Virus record (IMG/VR): IMGVR_UViG_3300012952_000008 | Coordinates: 1 to 29,719 of that record | DNA from: a virus | Taxonomy: Duplodnaviria; Caudoviricetes | Reading direction: 5' to 3' (one strand) | Length of the DNA: 29,719 bases | In this document: piece after piece, positions 25,047 through 29,719 of the stretch | Layout of the letters: each line of letters starts with the position of its first letter | How positions within the stretch are numbered: the first letter of the stretch is position 1 | The notes under the pieces: generated by a model | The model's database searches: none | What the model was told of the DNA's origin: nothing | Seen by the model: the letters and a program-made list of their open reading frames with translations, nothing else | Program-made: the position numbers and the translations under genes

Positions 25047-25519
25047 TACCGGCCCTCGATCTCGTCACCGATGATCCGGGTGATGGCCTCCGCAGCCGCG
25101 TCGAACTCCGTCACCCAGTGCCCCCAGGCGTCCCGCACGGCGTCGCCCTTCTCTCCGCCTCGCAGGTGGATCCACTGGGCGTATTCCCGGCCCGTGTTGG
25201 GGTCTCTCGCGCGATTGGTGGCGACGACCCTCCCGGCACCCTGCTTGACCTCCCAGGACGCCAGAGAGCGGCCAGAGCGGCGCCCCTTGGGATCGTCAGG
25301 CTCGGTGTACCACTTGCGGCCGGACTTGCTCCGCCTGGTCGTGCCGATGGGCCACCGGTCTCCCTCGCCTGGAGCCGTGCCATCCCCCCGCAGGTCCTCC
25401 TGCCACCGCACCGTGGCCTCCGCCAGCTCACGCGCCACAGCTCGATCGATCGCTAGGTCCATGTCCCGCAGGTCCCGAAGGAGGTCCTGGAGCCCCTCGA
25501 CCCGTACCACCGCCGCCAC
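25046..25519 (-). CDS. Second HK97 gp10-like protein
   Basis: VRVEGLQDLLRDL...WP...SGRSLASW...N...YAQWIH. Confidence 0.6.
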   Translation of the reverse strand: MAAVVRVEGLQDLLRDLRDMDLAIDRAVARELAEATVRWQEDLRGDGTAPGEGDRWPIGTTRRSKSGRKWYTEPDDPKGRRSGRSLASWEVKQGAGRVVATNRARDPNTGREYAQWIHLRGGEKGDAVRDAWGHWVTEFDAAAEAITRIIGDEIEGR

Positions 25520-25521
25520 GG

Positions 25522-25962
25522 CTACAGCTCCAGATCGGCGGCGATGTCGAAGTCGATCTCAGTGATCAACCACTCCCGGGTTGGGGTCGGAATGCTACGG
25601 GTGGCCAAGTAGTAGATCGTGAGGTCGTCCACGGTGGACGTGGTGTCTCCGCAGACCGCTTGGACGATGTCGTCCCGGTAGTCCGCGGCCTCTCGGATGG
25701 CGTCCCGGGCCGGGGTGAATCCCCCGATGATCTGGGTCCCCACTCGAACCGTGATCCGGTAGTTGAGGCGGGCCGACCGGTCCCCCCTGTCTCGGTACTG
25801 CCTGGAGTTGGTATCGGACCACGTGACCGAAAAGCCCCGGGCAAGCTGCGTCCGTGGCTCGTCGCGTGGGTCTAGCAGCTCGGGCAGCTCTACAAGCTCC
25901 GTCACATTCCCCACCAGGGTTGCGACATTGTCCAGGAGCTGGCGGGTGGTCAGGCTGGCCAC
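25522..25962 (-). CDS. Neck / tail terminator-like protein
   Basis: 146 aa; synteny in the head-tail joining block. Confidence 0.5.
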   Translation of the reverse strand: MASLTTRQLLDNVATLVGNVTELVELPELLDPRDEPRTQLARGFSVTWSDTNSRQYRDRGDRSARLNYRITVRVGTQIIGGFTPARDAIREAADYRDDIVQAVCGDTTSTVDDLTIYYLATRSIPTPTREWLITEIDFDIAADLEL

Positions 25963-26708
25963 GTCGGATCCCAGGTCGAGAGGCCAGGCCCGCCGATAAA
26001 TACGACACCGGCCGCGCTCTCGATCTCGTTCGCTCCTGGTAGCCCTGTCTCGTCGCTGTCGTAGCGGATCGAAAGCGTCCCGAACGTCTGCTCGAACATC
26101 CGGTAGTAGTCCTCCGACAGCTCACCGAACCGGCCGTTTCCGGCGCTCGTGGCGAAGTCACGGAAAACCAGGGAGAGCGACAGGTACAGGTGCGAGGACC
26201 GCAGGGCAGACGACGACAGAACCAGCCAGGGCCGGCGCCCCATCTGCAAGAGCTGCGTCTGTAGCTGCGTCCAGGCCTCGTCGATGTAGCTCTGAAGGTT
26301 GCCACCCGTGCGGGACTTCCACCGGCTGAGGTCCCCGTGCATGGCCTCCAGGTCGGTATCAGAAATCACCGGATACAGCCGGAGCCGCACCAGGTGGGCT
26401 TCCCGGGTGAACGTGTAGGTCTGCCCGTCGGACATAACCAGGGACCACCGGATCTGCCACAGGTCCGAGAGGTTTTTTGACTCGGGAAGGGTGGCCGCCG
26501 TCACCGTGTAGGTAGCCTTGGAGCTGGCCACCGTGACCGCTGCACCGTCCACGACCTTGTCGCCTGCCTCGTCGTAGATCGTGACCGTGCCAGACGTGGG
26601 CGCAGAGATGGCCCCGTCTCGGTAGATCGCGGCCTCGATCTCGTTGTCCTGGTTTCGTACCAGAAACTCAGGCAGAGGGAACCGCGGGGCGTAGTCGGTG
26701 AACGGCAT
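25950..26708 (-). CDS. Head-tail adaptor-like protein with an N-terminal beta domain
   Basis: 252 aa; beta-rich N half and helical C half; synteny. Confidence 0.5.
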   Translation of the reverse strand: MPFTDYAPRFPLPEFLVRNQDNEIEAAIYRDGAISAPTSGTVTIYDEAGDKVVDGAAVTVASSKATYTVTAATLPESKNLSDLWQIRWSLVMSDGQTYTFTREAHLVRLRLYPVISDTDLEAMHGDLSRWKSRTGGNLQSYIDEAWTQLQTQLLQMGRRPWLVLSSSALRSSHLYLSLSLVFRDFATSAGNGRFGELSEDYYRMFEQTFGTLSIRYDSDETGLPGANEIESAAGVVFIGGPGLSTWDPTWPA

Positions 26709-26891
26709 CTACTGCGCCGCCTCCCAGGCTGCGATCGCGTCCTGGAGCTGGCGCCAGTAGGCCGCGCGCTCGGTGTTATTCGTAACGCTCTCGGACTCCT
26801 CCTGGGAGATCTCCAGCTGGATCACATAAGTAGGGGCCAGGTCTGACGGGCTTGGGCCTCGCTCCTGCTTGGCGATGTCTAGAACGTTCAT
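26709..26891 (-). CDS. Hypothetical protein (60 aa)
   Basis: ATGA overlap upstream; abuts the next start. Confidence 0.6.
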   Translation of the reverse strand: MNVLDIAKQERGPSPSDLAPTYVIQLEISQEESESVTNNTERAAYWRQLQDAIAAWEAAQ

Positions 26892-27694
26892 GGTGCGCCG
26901 TACCTTTCAATGACCAGGCGTTCAATCGACGCATCGATCCCGTCGTACGACTGCACATAGAGGCGAAGATATCCGTCGCCGCCGAAGGTATAGTCGTTGC
27001 TCGTCTCGAACCGTGAGCCCTGCAGCCTTAGCCGGGCCCGTTGAGTTAGCTCGCCAATGTCGGTGAATGCGCTCGTACCAGTGTCGCCACGCATCCAGAC
27101 GTCCGCGTCTACCCCGTGCAGCTCCATCCGAGCCACGGACGGCACCGTGCTCGTCCCAAGGTTTCCCCAAGTGGCAGACGGCCCCCCTGAATAACTAGCC
27201 GGCGGCGGTCCCAGAGATAGGCCATTCAAAGCCATATTGTCGCTGTAGTGGGTGTCGCCTTTGTACTTTTTGAGGCTCGCCAGGATGCCATTTGTCGCGC
27301 CCGACAGTGCGTCCTCGTACGTCAGCCAGCAAGCAGCGGGGCCGCTGGTATGGCCGACCATGCTGGTCGTTTTGTACCTTACCCAGAACCTCCACTGATC
27401 ATAGCCAGCAAAGTCCCCGTAATCGCTTAAGTCAATGGACACGATCCCGGTCTTGACGCTGCCAGATGCGCCCGATACGGCAATGCGCAGGCCCGAGGAG
27501 TCAACCGCAAAGGTCCCCACGTCAGCCGTTCCGGAGACGTGGACGCTCTGGCCATTGCTGAGGGTCTTGGTCCCGTCTCCGTCGCTGGCCAGGTTCTGAG
27601 CGTCAAGAGACGTGAAATCGAGGTCAAGCAAGGTTTCGGGACCGCTGCCGCCACCTCCACCGCCGCCGCTTGTGGTGTGTGTGTTGATGGGCAT
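26888..27694 (-). CDS. Putative head fibre / decoration protein (268 aa)
   Basis: ATG 27694 with GGAG upstream; poly-Gly linker then a beta-rich domain; visibly lower GC than its neighbours. Confidence 0.5.
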   Translation of the reverse strand: MPINTHTTSGGGGGGGSGPETLLDLDFTSLDAQNLASDGDGTKTLSNGQSVHVSGTADVGTFAVDSSGLRIAVSGASGSVKTGIVSIDLSDYGDFAGYDQWRFWVRYKTTSMVGHTSGPAACWLTYEDALSGATNGILASLKKYKGDTHYSDNMALNGLSLGPPPASYSGGPSATWGNLGTSTVPSVARMELHGVDADVWMRGDTGTSAFTDIGELTQRARLRLQGSRFETSNDYTFGGDGYLRLYVQSYDGIDASIERLVIERYGAP

Positions 27695-27698
27695 CGGC

Positions 27699-27983
27699 CT
27701 AGGACTCCAGGACCTGGCCGGTGGGCGTCCCCGCGGCTGCCTTGAGTTCCAGCCGCCACCCGCTGCCCAGAGCAGCCGATCCCCGGGGGAGCGCGAAGGT
27801 ATAGGACTGGCTCGCACCGATCGGAATCTCGATCACGCTGTCGGCCGGGTCCTTGATCTTGATCGTTCCTGCGACAAGTGCGCCTGAATCAAGAAAGGAG
27901 ACCTCAACCTGGGTGGTTCCAGACTCCAGGGACAGCGCGGTCCCGTAGCTGGTGGTCTGTGCCTGTGTCTGGATCCGCGCCAT
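27699..27983 (-). CDS. Small beta-rich virion protein (94 aa)
   Basis: In the head operon; alternating beta-strand pattern. Confidence 0.6.
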   Translation of the reverse strand: MARIQTQAQTTSYGTALSLESGTTQVEVSFLDSGALVAGTIKIKDPADSVIEIPIGASQSYTFALPRGSAALGSGWRLELKAAAGTPTGQVLES

Positions 27984-27986
27984 GGC

Positions 27987-28127
27987 TCACCCTTTCTTGC
28001 GACGTTCCAGCCGCTTGATCGTCTCGACTGCCTTGGCCCTGGCCTGGTCAGCCGGGACGCCTGAGTCTCTCACGCGCCGGGCTAGCCTGTCGACTGCCTC
28101 CCGGCCTCCCTTGCGCTCCCCGCTCAT
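27987..28127 (-). CDS. Small basic protein (46 aa), absent from the ORF track
   Basis: MSGERKGGREAVDRLARRVRDSGVPADQARAKAVETIKRLERRKKG; ATGA overlap with the upstream stop, GAGG RBS, fills the gap exactly. Confidence 0.65.
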   Translation of the reverse strand: MSGERKGGREAVDRLARRVRDSGVPADQARAKAVETIKRLERRKKG

Positions 28128-28798
28128 GCGTCTGCCTCGGGGGCTGCCTTGGGCCGCTTGGGGCGTCCTGGGCGCTTGGGCTTGTAGGTGCCCGCCATGG
28201 CCTCGTGGTGCTGGCGTAGGCGCTTTGCTCGGGCCTGCAACATGGCGTTGTGTGGAGAGTTGGCCGCGGTGGCCTCGGCGCGCTCCAGGCGGGCCGCGTG
28301 GCGGCGCAAGTGATACGTGCGGATATTTTTCGACATAGGGGCCACGATGCCCGAGTCCCGCAGGTGCCGAAGGAACTCATAGAAGCCCGGGCGATCGAAG
28401 TCCTCGAAGACCATCCCGCCCTCGATCGTGTAGTTGTTCCAGCGGCTGGCGTAGGCCTTCCGGCCGTTGTCCACGGGTACCGCCTGCATGTAGTCCCGAT
28501 GCTTGCCTAGGCGCTCGTCCGTGGGCTTGATCATGGTCCACCCGCGCTCCTGGGCGCTGGCGATGGCGAGGGTGATATTCCCGTTCTCCAGGACGTTATT
28601 TTGTCCCGCGTCCAGGACGATCCGCCCGAGCCTGGGGAGCCACTCCCCGGCCTCTCCTGCGTCCCGATAAAAGTGCCACCGCTTGGGGTGCCACTTATAC
28701 ATCCACTGATGCATCCGCCGGGCGCGTCGAGCGGGTAGGGCTGCGGTACCCGCCTGGGGGGACTGGATGGCGGCGGGCTGGCCGATCACTGCTGGCAT
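28124..28798 (-). CDS. Hypothetical protein (224 aa) after the capsid gene
   Basis: Strong GAGGAGG RBS before ATG 28798; basic C-terminal KPKRPGRPKRPK. Confidence 0.7.
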   Translation of the reverse strand: MPAVIGQPAAIQSPQAGTAALPARRARRMHQWMYKWHPKRWHFYRDAGEAGEWLPRLGRIVLDAGQNNVLENGNITLAIASAQERGWTMIKPTDERLGKHRDYMQAVPVDNGRKAYASRWNNYTIEGGMVFEDFDRPGFYEFLRHLRDSGIVAPMSKNIRTYHLRRHAARLERAEATAANSPHNAMLQARAKRLRQHHEAMAGTYKPKRPGRPKRPKAAPEADA

Positions 28799-28817
28799 GG
28801 TCTCTCCTCCTCTTTGT

Positions 28818-28857
28818 GACACATGGGGAGGGGGGTGCTACCCCCCGTCCCCGTGTC
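28818..28857 (-). terminator. Strong hairpin after the capsid gene (attenuator or mRNA stabiliser; no U-tract)
   Basis: GACAC-GGGGA-C-GGGGGGT-AGC-ACCCCCC-TCCCC-AT-GTGTC. Confidence 0.55.
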
Positions 28858-28865
28858 GGTTAGCC

Positions 28866-29719
28866 TTATGGGGTATCGGAAAGGATTCCGACGCCGCGCG
28901 CGTCCTCCAGGATGGACACACCGCAGAAGGCGTGGCCCACGATGCGCGAGATGCCGGGATCGGCGTCTCGATCGAATTCGGCATAGAGCGGGGAGCCGGC
29001 CGGAGTCACCAGCGCGGCCATGCTGCCGGGCATTGCCTGGCGGGGGCTGGCCTCCACATAGGCGAGGGCTCCCAGGCCCATCATAAATCCGTTGTAGTGG
29101 CCTCCGCCCGAGGTCACGGAATCCACGCTGTACGTGTCGCATCCGTACAGGGTTCCCTGGTACCCGGGACCCTTGATCGCGATCTGCTCCGGGGTGGCCG
29201 GGTTGAATGCGATCGTGTTGCTGGTCTCACCGCGCAGGCTGCTCTGCAGCTCCACCCACTGGTTGTGATGCAGCACGCACGAGTAGGGGCCGGGAACGCT
29301 CGACTGCTCCAGCTGGGCGATCGAGTCGAAGAAGGCGGCCACGTCCATGTTCGTGGAGGCGGTCACATCGGCGCTGAATGACTCGGCAGCGGTGCAGACC
29401 AGATCCGTCACACGGAGGATGTAGGCGTCCGCCATCTTGGCCGCCAGCTGGGCCATGTTGAGGTTCCCCGGGCCACCGGTGATCATAAACTTATCGCTCA
29501 GACCGTAGGCCAGGATCTGGTGGGCCACTGCGATCGAGGTCTGGCCGACTCCGAGCGCGGTGTTTCCGGCCGCCGTCACCTCGTCCGTGTTGGCCGCGGC
29601 CATCGGGTCGTCAAAGGATACCTTCGGGGTGGTCAGGGTGTCAGAGCCCGAGCCGCCCAGGTCGCCCAGGCGGACCATGGTCTGTCGGAGGTCGGTGCGG
29701 TCCACGAGATTCTCGTGGA
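28866..29719 (-). CDS. Major capsid protein, 3' part
   Basis: Open frame continuing from 208 across the join; 312 aa in total; position after the scaffold; HK97-like C-terminal pattern. Confidence 0.85.
   Translation of the reverse strand, partial: HENLVDRTDLRQTMVRLGDLGGSGSDTLTTPKVSFDDPMAAANTDEVTAAGNTALGVGQTSIAVAHQILAYGLSDKFMITGGPGNLNMAQLAAKMADAYILRVTDLVCTAAESFSADVTASTNMDVAAFFDSIAQLEQSSVPGPYSCVLHHNQWVELQSSLRGETSNTIAFNPATPEQIAIKGPGYQGTLYGCDTYSVDSVTSGGGHYNGFMMGLGALAYVEASPRQAMPGSMAALVTPAGSPLYAEFDRDADPGISRIVGHAFCGVSILEDARGVGILSDTP
29597..29719. repeat. Terminal direct repeat, right copy
   Basis: Identical to 1-123. Confidence 0.95.

Noticed and set aside
29597-29719. Physical direct terminal repeat or att site
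   Set aside because: An exact overlap in the middle of the capsid gene is typical of assembler circularisation; real genome ends cannot be inferred.
1-29719. tRNA genes, diversity-generating retroelement, introns/inteins, stop-codon reassignment
   Set aside because: No cloverleaf, reverse transcriptase, template/variable repeat pair or interrupted core gene was seen, and genes tile the genome under the standard code.

Overview
The window appears to be a complete, circularly assembled genome of a small GC-rich tailed phage (siphovirus-type). Bases 1-123 are repeated exactly at 29597-29719, so the unique length is 29,596 bp and the major capsid gene spans the join. One long minus-strand arm carries a Zn-finger protein, a DNA methyltransferase, terS/terL, portal, scaffold, capsid, head accessory and neck genes, tail tube, frameshifting tail chaperones, tape measure and two tail-tip proteins. 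A plus-strand arm (6308-14307) carries an RHH regulator, many small ORFs, an annealase/SSB/Cas4-like nuclease/RusA recombination set and an amidase lysis module. No integrase, DNA polymerase, primase or helicase is recognisable. The most striking unexplained structure is a family of about 9-10 conserved expression modules: GATCG/TGTGTG box, TTGACA-N16-19-(C/T)ANNNT promoter, a 5' hairpin usually with an ACGGA loop, and a Shine-Dalgarno. Several are preceded by a conserved terminator ending in GTCGTTCTGG. Four modules form a tandem promoter-ORF-terminator cassette array (14309-16203) with unrelated small payload genes; the rest are dispersed, and one drives an extremely acidic Ocr-like protein. 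All product calls come from motifs and synteny read by eye; no database searches were run.
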